This document shows, in pieces, positions 55,877-64,000 of a stretch of 64,000 bases of DNA; within the stretch, counting starts at the first letter, position 1; each line of letters begins with the position of its first letter. This DNA is from Alphaproteobacteria bacterium GM202ARS2. GTDB lineage: Bacteria; Pseudomonadota; Alphaproteobacteria; GM7ARS4. The stretch is from the NCBI GenBank assembly GCA_014323835.1, contig JACONH010000002.1:59239-123238 (forward strand). Reading direction: 5' to 3'. The position numbers and the translations under genes were made by a program. Under the pieces are notes generated by a model. That model was not told the origin of the DNA and searched no databases. It saw only the letters and a list, made by a program, of their open reading frames with translations.

Positions 55877-56515
55877 TCACAGCGTCACGGTCTGGTCGCA
55901 CGGCAATGCGCGCTCGGGGGCGTTCTCGTGGCGGGCAAGGATGATGATTGCTCCTTTTTTTTGTGCATTCTCGATGATGCCTTGCAGGGTTTTTTGTCCT
56001 TGTGAGTCAAGGTTGGCATAAGGTTCATCGAGAAGCCATAGGGGGGCATCCTCGTCTATAAGAAGTTTAGCGAGGCTTGTGCGCTTTTTTTGTCCTGCCG
56101 AGAGCAACGCACAGGGCACCGCTTCGAGATGGGCAACATCGAAGGCGGTTAAGGCAGAACGTATCACGTCGGGGGTAGAGGGGCACTGGCGTGCTTGTGC
56201 CCAAAACACGATGTTGTCGTAGGGCGTTAGCGCACTATTAAGAGCCAACTCGTGTCCGACATAGAGCACATGATGGGCACACGGGGCTTCTTGCGTATCG
56301 CACCAACATAGCGTGCCTGAATGGGCAGAAGAAAGCCCAGCAAGAATCTTGAGTAAGCTGCTTTTACCGCTACCATTAGAGCCGGTAATGTGTAGACAGG
56401 TGTGCCCGACACTATCGAAGCTGATATCATGGAAAAGCGTGGTGTCGCCGCGCACACAGGTGAGGTTGCGGACAGCGTATCGATGTGTGTAAAGAGGGGT
56501 TGTTTTTTTTTTCAT
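55877..56515 (-). CDS. ccmA: heme exporter ATP-binding protein CcmA
   Basis: It has an ABC Walker A (GSNGSGKSS), signature LSAGQKKR and Walker B LWLLDEP. Confidence 0.9.
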   Translation of the reverse strand: MKKKTTPLYTHRYAVRNLTCVRGDTTLFHDISFDSVGHTCLHITGSNGSGKSSLLKILAGLSSAHSGTLCWCDTQEAPCAHHVLYVGHELALNSALTPYDNIVFWAQARQCPSTPDVIRSALTAFDVAHLEAVPCALLSAGQKKRTSLAKLLIDEDAPLWLLDEPYANLDSQGQKTLQGIIENAQKKGAIIILARHENAPERALPCDQTVTL

Positions 56516-56565
56516 AATGGTTATGAATTAACAGGGAGGGGTGTTGTCATGTGTTTTAAGAGAGA

Positions 56566-56982
56566 ATGCTGATGCGTGCTTTTTGGAATCGTTTGCGTTG
56601 CCGCCTGATGGGGCATTATGTGGGTTGTGACGTTTATGGCAACCGTTATTATCGTCGTTCTGCGGGTCGTCTTGGTCTTTATCCGCACAAGAATGGTCGT
56701 GAGCGGCGTTGGGTTGTCTATGCTGGTGTCGGCGTTGCGGAGGCGAGCCGTATTGCGCCGATGTGGCATGCTTGGTTGCACCATACGGATGATACTGTGC
56801 CGAGTTCTGAGACTCGTGCGCAGGCCCCTTTCTTTTTGCGTCCCCCACGTCCCAACTGGACGGGCACAAGAAAGGCATGGTTGCCACAGGCATCTGCCCG
56901 TCTCAATCAAAAGCGTCCCGCAGGCACAGGCGATTATCAAGCATGGTTGCCGACAACAGAAAACACAAGGAGAGCGTTATGA
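56566..56982 (+). CDS. NADH:ubiquinone oxidoreductase subunit NDUFA12-family protein
   Basis: It has the GxDxxGNRYY...RRWVVY...WHAWLHHT pattern typical of bacterial NDUFA12/B17.2 homologs. Confidence 0.85.
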   Translation: MLMRAFWNRLRCRLMGHYVGCDVYGNRYYRRSAGRLGLYPHKNGRERRWVVYAGVGVAEASRIAPMWHAWLHHTDDTVPSSETRAQAPFFLRPPRPNWTGTRKAWLPQASARLNQKRPAGTGDYQAWLPTTENTRRAL

Positions 56983-57467
56983 GCGATTATGTCAAAAACA
57001 TTCTCATCGGCACCATCATGATTGTAACAGTCATGTCTCTGGTGCGCTATGGGCATGACTTCAGCGGCGAAAGCGACTTCAGCGGCTATACGCTGAGTGC
57101 ACAATTCTCCGATGCCTCAGGCTTGAAAGTGGGCGACAATGTCTATCTGGCAGGTGCCTACGTGGGTAAAGTTGTCGATAAAAGCATCAGCCCAGATGCT
57201 ATCGTAACCGTGTTGATGAGTATCATGGATACCGCTATCGCCATTCCACGGGACAGCTCATCTTCGATACAGACCGATGGCTTGTTTGGCTCGAAATTCA
57301 TCGTCATCGAACCCGGCGGCGAAGAAACCCTTTTGAGTGATGGCGGCGTCATCTTTTATACAGAAAGCTCCATTGAGTTGAGCGACCTTCTCGACCAGAT
57401 TATCGCCCAGGGCGAAAGACGCATGCGAGAAGAAAAAGAACGGGCGACACAAGCCCAATTCCAATAA
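56979..57467 (+). CDS. MlaD/MCE-domain protein, paralog 1
   Basis: It has an N-terminal TM segment and an MCE domain (GLKVGDNVYLAGAYVGKV...GLFGSKFIVIEPG). The ATG overlaps the upstream stop (ATGA). Confidence 0.75.
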   Translation: MSDYVKNILIGTIMIVTVMSLVRYGHDFSGESDFSGYTLSAQFSDASGLKVGDNVYLAGAYVGKVVDKSISPDAIVTVLMSIMDTAIAIPRDSSSSIQTDGLFGSKFIVIEPGGEETLLSDGGVIFYTESSIELSDLLDQIIAQGERRMREEKERATQAQFQ

Positions 57468-57500
57468 CCGACACCCGCGCAATACGGAGGCGCAAAATCA

Positions 57501-57959
57501 ATGAGTGGAAGAAATATCATAGAACATCTGACAGGCTTGGTGGTCGTCTTGGGCGCGTTGGCTTTCGTGCTGTACGCCGCCAGCGTCGTGCGAGTCACAG
57601 TCGAGGAGGGAGTCGAGTATAACGCGTCCTTCGGACGAGTGGGCGGATTGCGAGCAGGCTCCGACGTGCGCATGCGTGGAGTCAAAGTCGGCTCGGTCAC
57701 AAAAGTCTATCTCGATGTCAAAGATTACGAAGCACGAGTCATGTTCTCTGTCCGTAAAGACCTCAGTTTGCCGCAAGACAGCGAAGTCTACGTTGCCAGT
57801 GAAGGTTTGTCAGGCTCGAAATTTCTCAACATTGTGCGTGGTAGCGACAAAAACATTATGGCGGCGGGCGACAGCATCCTGAGGACTCATGATTTTAAGT
57901 CCATCGAGGATAAAGTCAGCCGAATCATCTTCTTGGCTGCGGGCAGTGAAGACGAGTGA
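57501..57959 (+). CDS. MlaD/MCE-domain protein, paralog 2
   Basis: It has an N-terminal TM segment and an MCE domain (GLRAGSDVRMRGVKVGSV...GLSGSKFLNI). Confidence 0.75.
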   Translation: MSGRNIIEHLTGLVVVLGALAFVLYAASVVRVTVEEGVEYNASFGRVGGLRAGSDVRMRGVKVGSVTKVYLDVKDYEARVMFSVRKDLSLPQDSEVYVASEGLSGSKFLNIVRGSDKNIMAAGDSILRTHDFKSIEDKVSRIIFLAAGSEDE

Positions 57960-57999
57960 CGCGACACAAAACAAAGGGAAGAGCAAGCACAAACAGGGC

Positions 58000-58239
58000 A
58001 TGAAAAAAACCAGCATGCCTGATACGACCGTGTGGCACACCCCACAGGGTGAACCCCTTACGTGCTATGAAAAACTCAACGTGCTCAATCAGAACATCGA
58101 TGAAGTGGCAGCCACGTTGCAAGATGTCATGGAAGAAGCCGTCCTGATAGGGTGTGATGCCGACCAGATGCGCAACGTCCTTCATAATTTAGTTAAAGGC
58201 TTGCGAGATCCGTACCAGAAAAAAACCGACAGGTCATGA
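58000..58239 (+). CDS. small hypothetical protein (79 aa)
   Basis: The internal ATG of track ORF 57889-58239 lies just after the MlaD-2 stop. Its own stop overlaps the next start (ATGA). I recognise no family. Confidence 0.35.
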   Translation: MKKTSMPDTTVWHTPQGEPLTCYEKLNVLNQNIDEVAATLQDVMEEAVLIGCDADQMRNVLHNLVKGLRDPYQKKTDRS

Positions 58240-58670
58240 CAATACCCAAAAGGATAACCAAAAGGATGAAACGTGCGCGCTTTCAGCGGGGGTTGATAGG
58301 GAGTATCCTTGTTGGCATTCTCGCTGTGGCGATGAGCGGTTTGTTTTCTGCTTATGCGGAGGATATTCGTGGCGAGTGGGTGCGGTTGCGTCTTCTCGAT
58401 AAGATAGCAGCCCTACCGCAAACCATCGATGTGCGTGTCGGTGACACCATAGAGGTGGATGCCATGCGTATTGTTGCTCGTGCTTGTTTTAAGAAGCCCC
58501 CGGAAGAGTTCCCGGAAACCAGTGTTTGGCTCGAGGTGCATGATAAGAGCAATGAGGATGCTCTGGTGTTTCGTGGCTGGATGTTTGCGAGTTCGCCGGC
58601 TTTATCCAGTCTTGCCCATCCGGTTTATGACTTGTGGGTTGTCGATTGTTTTGAACGAGCCCCTTCGTGA
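58236..58670 (+). CDS. DUF2155-domain periplasmic protein
   Basis: It has a signal/anchor, then LRLLDKIAA...VRVGDT...ARACFKKPPEE...WLEV..., the pattern I recall for DUF2155. It is often found near NDUFA12 homologs in alphaproteobacteria. Confidence 0.65.
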   Translation: MTIPKRITKRMKRARFQRGLIGSILVGILAVAMSGLFSAYAEDIRGEWVRLRLLDKIAALPQTIDVRVGDTIEVDAMRIVARACFKKPPEEFPETSVWLEVHDKSNEDALVFRGWMFASSPALSSLAHPVYDLWVVDCFERAPS

Positions 58671-58681
58671 CACGGCAGAGC

Positions 58682-59341
58682 TTAAGGAAGGGTCAGGGTG
58701 AGGGCAGGTTGCTGCGGGCGACTGTCGTCGAAGAGGCGATGAGGCCCCTTCAGGGCGGCTTGTAGAAGCAGTCGGTAGTTGTCTCGGGGAATTTCTTGTG
58801 CGCCGAATTGTTTGAGGTGTTCGCTGATGAATTGTGTGTCGAGCAGGCGGAACCTTTTTTCGATGAGGCGTTGCACGAGGTGGCACAGGGCGATTTTACT
58901 GGCGTCGGTTTTGCGAGAGAACATGCTTTCGCCAAAAAAAACGGCGCCGAGGGCGATGCCGTAGAGACCGCCAACCAGTTTGTCTTCGTGGTAGCATTCG
59001 ATGCTGTGGGCGTAGCCTTGTTTGTGCAGCTGATGGTGCAGGTGCATAATCGGACGATTAAGCCATGTATCTTTGCGGTGGGCTGTTTGTTGCGCGCAGT
59101 GGGCAACCACTTCATCGAATTGGTGGTTGTATCGTATGCGGTAGGCGGTGGCGCGCATGGTGCGCCGTAGCCTTCGAGGCGTGTGAAAGGATTGCGGAAT
59201 GATAATGCCGCGGCGGGGCGGGTCAAGCCAGAAAATCTGTTCATCGTTACGCGATTGTGCCATAGGAAAAAGACCAAGCGTGTAAGCACGCAAGGTAATT
59301 TCCGGAGTCAAAAGAACAAGACGTGAGGGATCATATTTCAT
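58682..59341 (-). CDS. aat: leucyl/phenylalanyl-tRNA--protein transferase
   Basis: It has LLRAYTLGLFPM, FWLDPPRRG and GESMFS motifs. The start is at the ATG at 59341 (MKYDPS...), overlapping the accC stop by 11 nt. Confidence 0.85.
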   Translation of the reverse strand: MKYDPSRLVLLTPEITLRAYTLGLFPMAQSRNDEQIFWLDPPRRGIIIPQSFHTPRRLRRTMRATAYRIRYNHQFDEVVAHCAQQTAHRKDTWLNRPIMHLHHQLHKQGYAHSIECYHEDKLVGGLYGIALGAVFFGESMFSRKTDASKIALCHLVQRLIEKRFRLLDTQFISEHLKQFGAQEIPRDNYRLLLQAALKGPHRLFDDSRPQQPALTLTLP

Positions 59342-60677
59342 GGTCTTTGAGGAACTGTTCGAGCCAGGCGGTGTGGTAGGTCGCATCGATGAAGTCGCTT
59401 TGCGTGATAATTTTTTGGTGCAGAGGGATGGTGCTTTTGATACCGTCGATGACGAATTCTTCTAGGGCTCTTCGTAGGCGCATGAGACATTCGTTGCGGG
59501 TTTTTCCGTGCACGATGAGTTTAGCGATGAGGCTATCATACCATGGTGGCATGGTGTAGCCGGCATAGAGCGCCGAGTCCACGCGCACATCGAGTCCGCC
59601 GGGGGCGTGATAGTCGTCGATGGTGCCGGGGCAGGGCGTAAAAGTTTGTGGGTCTTCGGCATTGATGCGACATTCTATGGCGTGTCCATAAGCGATAATG
59701 TCGTCCTGTTTTTTTTCGAAAGGCTTGCCGGCGGCGATGAGAATTTGTTCACGCACCAAATCGAGTCCTGTGGTCATTTCGGTGATGGTGTGTTCCACTT
59801 GTAGGCGTGTGTTCATCTCGATGAAGTAAAACTTGCCGTTGCTGTAGAGAAACTCGACGGTGCCGAGACTGACGTAGCCGATTTTTTCTGCGAGTTGGGC
59901 GGCAGCGGCACAGAGTTTTTCTCTTGTTTCTTGATTGAGGGCGGGTGAAGGTGTTTCTTCGATGACTTTCTGGTGGCTCCGTTGCATCGAGCAATCTCTT
60001 TCGTGTAAGTGGACGACATTGCCGTGTTTATCACACAGAATTTGCACTTCGAGGTGTCGCGTGGGGTTGAGATATTTTTCTAGATAGATGTCGGGGTTTT
60101 TGAAGAATTTTTCTGCTTCGCTACGTGCGAGGGGTATCATTTCTTTGAGGGTTTTGTCGTCATGGACGATTTTCATGCCTTTTCCGCCGCCGCCGCCGCT
60201 GGCTTTGATGATGACGGGGTAGCCTATATCTTTTGCGATTTTACGGCATTGCTGGTCATTATGGGGGAGCACCTCTGAGCCGGGGATGACGTTGAGGCCT
60301 GCTTTGATAGCGGCACTGCGGGCTTGGGCTTTGTCGCCCATGAGACGGATATGCTCGGCAGAAGGGCCAATGAACGTGATGTTGTGCTCTTCGACCATTT
60401 CGGCAAAGCGGGCATTTTCGGCAAGAAAGCCGATGCCGGGATGAATGGCATCGGCATGAGTCATAATCGCCGCCGTAAGAATAGCGGGAATGTTCAAGTA
60501 ACTGGCATGGGCTGGCGGCGGGCCAATGCACACACTTTCATCGGCAAGGCGAACGTGCATGGCATCCGAGTCGGCTTCCGAGTGCACCGCAACAGTGTGG
60601 ATGCCCATCTCGCGACAGGCACGATGAATACGCAGGGCTGTTTCTCCTCTGTTGGCAATGAGAATTTTTTCGAACAT
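59331..60677 (-). CDS. accC: acetyl-CoA carboxylase biotin carboxylase subunit
   Basis: It has MFEKILIANRGE, an ATP-grasp domain with GGGGKGM, and EMNTRLQVEH. Confidence 0.95.
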   Translation of the reverse strand: MFEKILIANRGETALRIHRACREMGIHTVAVHSEADSDAMHVRLADESVCIGPPPAHASYLNIPAILTAAIMTHADAIHPGIGFLAENARFAEMVEEHNITFIGPSAEHIRLMGDKAQARSAAIKAGLNVIPGSEVLPHNDQQCRKIAKDIGYPVIIKASGGGGGKGMKIVHDDKTLKEMIPLARSEAEKFFKNPDIYLEKYLNPTRHLEVQILCDKHGNVVHLHERDCSMQRSHQKVIEETPSPALNQETREKLCAAAAQLAEKIGYVSLGTVEFLYSNGKFYFIEMNTRLQVEHTITEMTTGLDLVREQILIAAGKPFEKKQDDIIAYGHAIECRINAEDPQTFTPCPGTIDDYHAPGGLDVRVDSALYAGYTMPPWYDSLIAKLIVHGKTRNECLMRLRRALEEFVIDGIKSTIPLHQKIITQSDFIDATYHTAWLEQFLKDHEI

Positions 60678-60685
60678 GATACAGA

Positions 60686-61141
60686 TTAAGGCGTCATAAT
60701 GACGAGCTGTTCGCCATACTCTATGGGTGCGCCGTCGGTGACAAGAATGGCTGTGATGGTGCCGCTGGCGGGGGCGCGCACGGGGTTCATGGTTTTCATG
60801 GCTTCGATAATCAGCAGGGTATCGCCTTTTTTGACGGTGTCGCCTTCGTTGATGAAGGGGGGTGCACCGGGTTCAGGGGCGCGATAGACTGTGCCAACAA
60901 GCGGGGCTTTGATGACTGTACCGTCTGGCGGGGACTCGGGTGCATCAGGGGTTTTCGCCGATGCTGGGGGCGGAAGAGACGCAACCGCTGCCGAGGAAGT
61001 AACAACGTGGGTTTTTTTGGCGACACGAATACGCAGGGATTCTGTCTCGTACTCGATTTCGGACAAATCCGTTTCCTGTAGCAACTGGGCGAGGATGCGT
61101 ACGTGCTCGCTGTTTATCGAGGCGGGTTTATCTTTAGACAT
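60686..61141 (-). CDS. accB: acetyl-CoA carboxylase biotin carboxyl carrier protein
   Basis: It has the C-terminal biotinyl domain with the EAMKTMN motif. The start is at the ATG at 61141 (MSKDKP...). Confidence 0.9.
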   Translation of the reverse strand: MSKDKPASINSEHVRILAQLLQETDLSEIEYETESLRIRVAKKTHVVTSSAAVASLPPPASAKTPDAPESPPDGTVIKAPLVGTVYRAPEPGAPPFINEGDTVKKGDTLLIIEAMKTMNPVRAPASGTITAILVTDGAPIEYGEQLVIMTP

Positions 61142-61613
61142 GGGCTTTCTCTTTAGGGGACTCGTTGAGGTGGTGGGCAACGGCATCGAGAGCAAGGAGA
61201 TAGCCTTGCGCGCCGAGGCCGCAAATCAAGCCATCGGCAGCTTCGCTGATGTAGGAATGACGCCGATAGGGTTCTCGTTTATAGATATTAGACAGATGCA
61301 CCTCAAGAATAAAGCCCGTAAACGCCCGTAGCGAATCCAGCAACGCAATCGATTGGTGCGTCAGGGCTGCCGCATTGATAATCAAGGCTTCATCGCTGCT
61401 GTTCTGGATAGCGTCAATCAGCACGCCTTCGTGATTCGATTGCTGAAACGTCATGGTCAGCCCATGAGTTTGGGCGTGCTTACGGCATAGCGTCTCGATA
61501 GTCGCCAGAGTAGTGCTCCCGTAAATCTCGGGTTCTCGCTTACCCAGTTGATTCAAGTTAGGCCCATTGAGGATAAGGACACGATGTAAGGGGCGTGAGG
61601 CGGGAGGATTCAT
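61134..61613 (-). CDS. aroQ: type II 3-dehydroquinate dehydratase
   Basis: It has LILNGPNLNQLGKREPEIYG and the HLSNIYKREPYR motif. The start is at the ATG at 61613. Confidence 0.9.
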   Translation of the reverse strand: MNPPASRPLHRVLILNGPNLNQLGKREPEIYGSTTLATIETLCRKHAQTHGLTMTFQQSNHEGVLIDAIQNSSDEALIINAAALTHQSIALLDSLRAFTGFILEVHLSNIYKREPYRRHSYISEAADGLICGLGAQGYLLALDAVAHHLNESPKEKAHV

Positions 61614-61764
61614 AAGGCACGTAAGGGTAGGGCGTATGCGGTCATGCGAGGGGTTCAAAATGTTCTTTCATTTATGGTAAAAGGGGTGTAAGAAGCCTTT
61701 TTGTCGGTGGGGGTCGGGTGTTCTATCGACCATAGCATAAAAATACTAGGATGGGTATGATGAG

Positions 61765-62913
61765 ATGAAGACGATGTCAAAGTTGGAGCGTTTTTTTGCT
61801 GGCCCTGAGCTTCCGTCTCCGTGTCTGGCTGTGGACTTGGACATTGTCGAGTCGAATTATCGTTTGTTGCGTGAGTCTTTTGCGCGCACGGCTATTTATT
61901 ATGCTGTCAAGGCTAATCCTGCTGAGGCGGTGATTAAGCGTCTTAAGGCGTTGGGGTCTTTGTTTGATGTGGCTTCTTTAAGCGAGGTAGAGCTGTGTTT
62001 GTCTTTGGGGGTTGCCCCGCAGCATATATCGTGGGGCAATCCTATCAAGAAGGAGTCGGATATCGGCGTTGCTTTTGCTCGTGGCGTTGATATGTATGCT
62101 TTCGATAGCCATGAAGAGTTAGAGAAGTTAGCCCAGTGTGCGCCGGGCAGTCGTGTCAGTTGCCGCCTTCATATTGATGAAGGCACAGACAGTGCGGTTT
62201 GTCCTTTGAGTGCCAAGTTTGGTTGTTCGCCAATAACTGCCGAGGAATTAATGGTGCGGGCGCGTGAATTGGGGCTTGTGCCGCATGGCTTGTCGTTTCA
62301 TTTGGGCTCGCAGCAGACGGACGTGGAGTCGTGGGAGCAGGCTATCGCGGTCTGTGCGGGCGTTTTTCGCCGTTTGCGAGACAAGGGCATCGATATGGAG
62401 TTGTTGAACCTCGGGGGCGGTTTTGCGGTGCGTTATTCCCACGATGTGCCGCGGGCACAGGCATACGCCGAGTGCGTGCACACATCGATGCGCCGCCATT
62501 TTGGCAATCACATGCCGACACAGTGCATTGAACCGGGACGTTCTCTTGTTGCTAGTGCGGGATGGCTCCGTAGCGAAGTGCTCCTTATCGCTGACAGACG
62601 AGATAGGGCAGGTGGACATAAATGGGTCTACTTGGATAGCGGACGCTCCAGTGGCTTGGTGGAAACGGTCAATGACCGAATCGTCTACCCTTTGTATATT
62701 CCCAACCACGAAGACAGTGCGATGGAAGACGTGATGTTAGCAGGCCCGACGTGCGATTGGTCGGACATTATCAATGACGGGGTGCTCCGCCAAGTGCCGA
62801 CAACGCTGAAAAGCGGCGACCACGTGTTCTTTACGCACACGGGCGCGTATACAACAACATGCAGCTCGGTGGGCTTTAATGGCTTCGCACCCCTTGAGTC
62901 GTTTTATATTTAG
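61765..62913 (+). CDS. type III PLP-dependent decarboxylase (ornithine/lysine decarboxylase-like, alanine-racemase fold)
   Basis: It has YAVKANP (PLP lysine), the GGGF motif and a C-terminal beta-barrel with the CDSxD-like AGPTCDWSD motif. Confidence 0.85.
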   Translation: MKTMSKLERFFAGPELPSPCLAVDLDIVESNYRLLRESFARTAIYYAVKANPAEAVIKRLKALGSLFDVASLSEVELCLSLGVAPQHISWGNPIKKESDIGVAFARGVDMYAFDSHEELEKLAQCAPGSRVSCRLHIDEGTDSAVCPLSAKFGCSPITAEELMVRARELGLVPHGLSFHLGSQQTDVESWEQAIAVCAGVFRRLRDKGIDMELLNLGGGFAVRYSHDVPRAQAYAECVHTSMRRHFGNHMPTQCIEPGRSLVASAGWLRSEVLLIADRRDRAGGHKWVYLDSGRSSGLVETVNDRIVYPLYIPNHEDSAMEDVMLAGPTCDWSDIINDGVLRQVPTTLKSGDHVFFTHTGAYTTTCSSVGFNGFAPLESFYI

Positions 62914-62969
62914 AGCAGGTTGTATCAGGGGGACAAAAAGCATAGGATAGGACAGGGAGTCATGATGCC

Positions 62970-64000
62970 ATGCTAACACAACTGACGATACGTAATTTCA
63001 AGCTTTTCGAGAAGGTGGACGTGCCTTTGGGCAACGGCTTCGTTTTTGTGGGACCGAACAACAGCGGTAAGACGACAGCATTGCAAGCTCTGGCACTGTG
63101 GCATATCGGGCTAACAAGATGGTTGGCGAGACGGAGCGGTAACGGTGGTAAAAAAAACAGGGGTGCTATTCTTAATAGGAAAGACCTCATCGACGTGCCC
63201 ATCGCTCACATGGACTTGATATGGCACGACAGAAAGGTGCGCAAGGCAACGAATCAAAACATTTTTATTGAGATTGTTGTTGAAGGTGTCAATCAAGATA
63301 AAACGTGGCAGTGTGGCTTGGAGTTTCAGTATGCCAGCAACGAAACATTTTATTGTCGTCCGTTACGCACTGACCGCGAAGGCAATCAACGCATGGACGT
63401 TCCTGATGAAGCAAAAGATGTTCGTGTGTTTTTTTTACCGCCCATGTCGGGCTTAGCGAGTGAAGAGCCTTTAATCCAACAAGGGCGTATCCATGTCTTG
63501 ATGGGACAAGGGCAGACGGCAGAGGTGTTACGCAACTTGTGTTACAATGTATCCAGCCAAGAGGATAAAAGTGACTGGCAGGCTATAACTAGACACATGA
63601 AGGCTTTGTTTGGTGTTGATATGCACGAGCCACAATACGCTGCGAGTCGGGGTGCAATTGTTCTAGAGTATACGGATGCCCATAGAAAAAAGCCTTTAGA
63701 TTTGCCTTCCTCTGGTCGTGGTATGCAACAGGTTTTATTGTTGTTTGCCTATCTTTATGGTCATCCCGTTCACGGGAGTCCTAAGAACACAGTTTTTGTG
63801 TTGGATGAACCTGATGCTCATTTGGAAACGCTCAGGCAAAACGAGACCTATAAGCTGCTCAATGAGGCTGCAGAAAGACGGGGGGATCAGATTATTGCTG
63901 CCAGTCACTCGGAAGCTTTGTTGGAAAGTTCCATACGGCGTGAGGAAGCTGTCGCGTTTCTTGGTGTTAGACCGCGCCCGCGCATCTTAGGAAAAGGACA
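62970..64000 (+). CDS. ABC/SMC-fold AAA ATPase (AAA_15/21, OLD-like N-terminal domain), 3'-truncated by the window end
   Basis: I translated this from the ATG at 62970, and it stays open to the window end (343+ codons). It has MLTQLTIRNFKLF, Walker A GPNNSGKTT, a signature-like SSGRGMQQ, Walker B VFVLDEPDAHLE and an H-loop ASHSE. It is not in the ORF track because no stop lies inside the window. Confidence 0.7.
   Translation, partial: MLTQLTIRNFKLFEKVDVPLGNGFVFVGPNNSGKTTALQALALWHIGLTRWLARRSGNGGKKNRGAILNRKDLIDVPIAHMDLIWHDRKVRKATNQNIFIEIVVEGVNQDKTWQCGLEFQYASNETFYCRPLRTDREGNQRMDVPDEAKDVRVFFLPPMSGLASEEPLIQQGRIHVLMGQGQTAEVLRNLCYNVSSQEDKSDWQAITRHMKALFGVDMHEPQYAASRGAIVLEYTDAHRKKPLDLPSSGRGMQQVLLLFAYLYGHPVHGSPKNTVFVLDEPDAHLETLRQNETYKLLNEAAERRGDQIIAASHSEALLESSIRREEAVAFLGVRPRPRILGKG

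Noticed and set aside
56877-56978. Several track ORFs carry upstream extensions: the MlaD-1 ORF here, and similar extensions of ccmF, ccmI, accB, aroQ, map, thiE, recJ and the cinA-like gene.
   Set aside because: The ORF caller takes the most upstream ATG/GTG/TTG. In each case an internal ATG gives a family-typical N-terminus and removes a large overlap with the preceding gene, often producing an ATGA or TAATG coupling junction.
63718-63990. The track lists a 90-aa plus-strand ORF near the window end.
   Set aside because: It is out of frame within the longer ATPase ORF that is open from 62970 to the window end and carries Walker A/B motifs.

Overview
This is a chromosomal segment with alphaproteobacterial-type synteny: fdxA-carD, degP-hflKC, and NDUFA12-mlaD-DUF2155-aat-accCB-aroQ. 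It is dense with housekeeping genes. These include ilvC (5' end only), ilvH/ilvB, miaA, degP, hflKC, mrp/apbC, dps, fdxA, carD, gltBD, kpsF, aroB/aroK, a DEAD-box helicase, recJ, pyrE, pyk, rpmJ, map, sfsA, gap, thiE, epmA/epmB, a contiguous ccmABCDEFGHI operon (including a short ccmD missing from the ORF track), accBC, aroQ and an ornithine-decarboxylase-like enzyme. RNA genes are tRNA-Thr(CGU), tRNA-Glu(UUC) and RNase P RNA; the last is on the minus strand and is masked in the track by a spurious ORF. The most striking signal is not a gene. Between carD and tRNA-Thr lies a ~220-bp AT-rich tandem array of seven 16-bp palindromes. Two copies are exactly the chromosomal parS consensus TGTTTCACGTGAAACA, which suggests a compact, plasmid-style centromere, yet no parAB is in the window. 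Several regions look accessory: a nucleotide-sugar dehydrogenase/epimerase pair with an AT-rich methyltransferase beside tRNA-Thr; a leaderless C39-like cysteine peptidase; a TonB-dependent receptor with polyacidic loop insertions; two tandem paralogous porins sharing a duplicated upstream element, one with a Cys-bracketed ~137-aa insertion; a secreted SHOCT-tailed protein; and an AT-rich ABC/OLD-like ATPase cut by the window end. The ORF track uses alternative start codons, so I moved many starts downstream. Start coordinates are the least certain part of the annotation.
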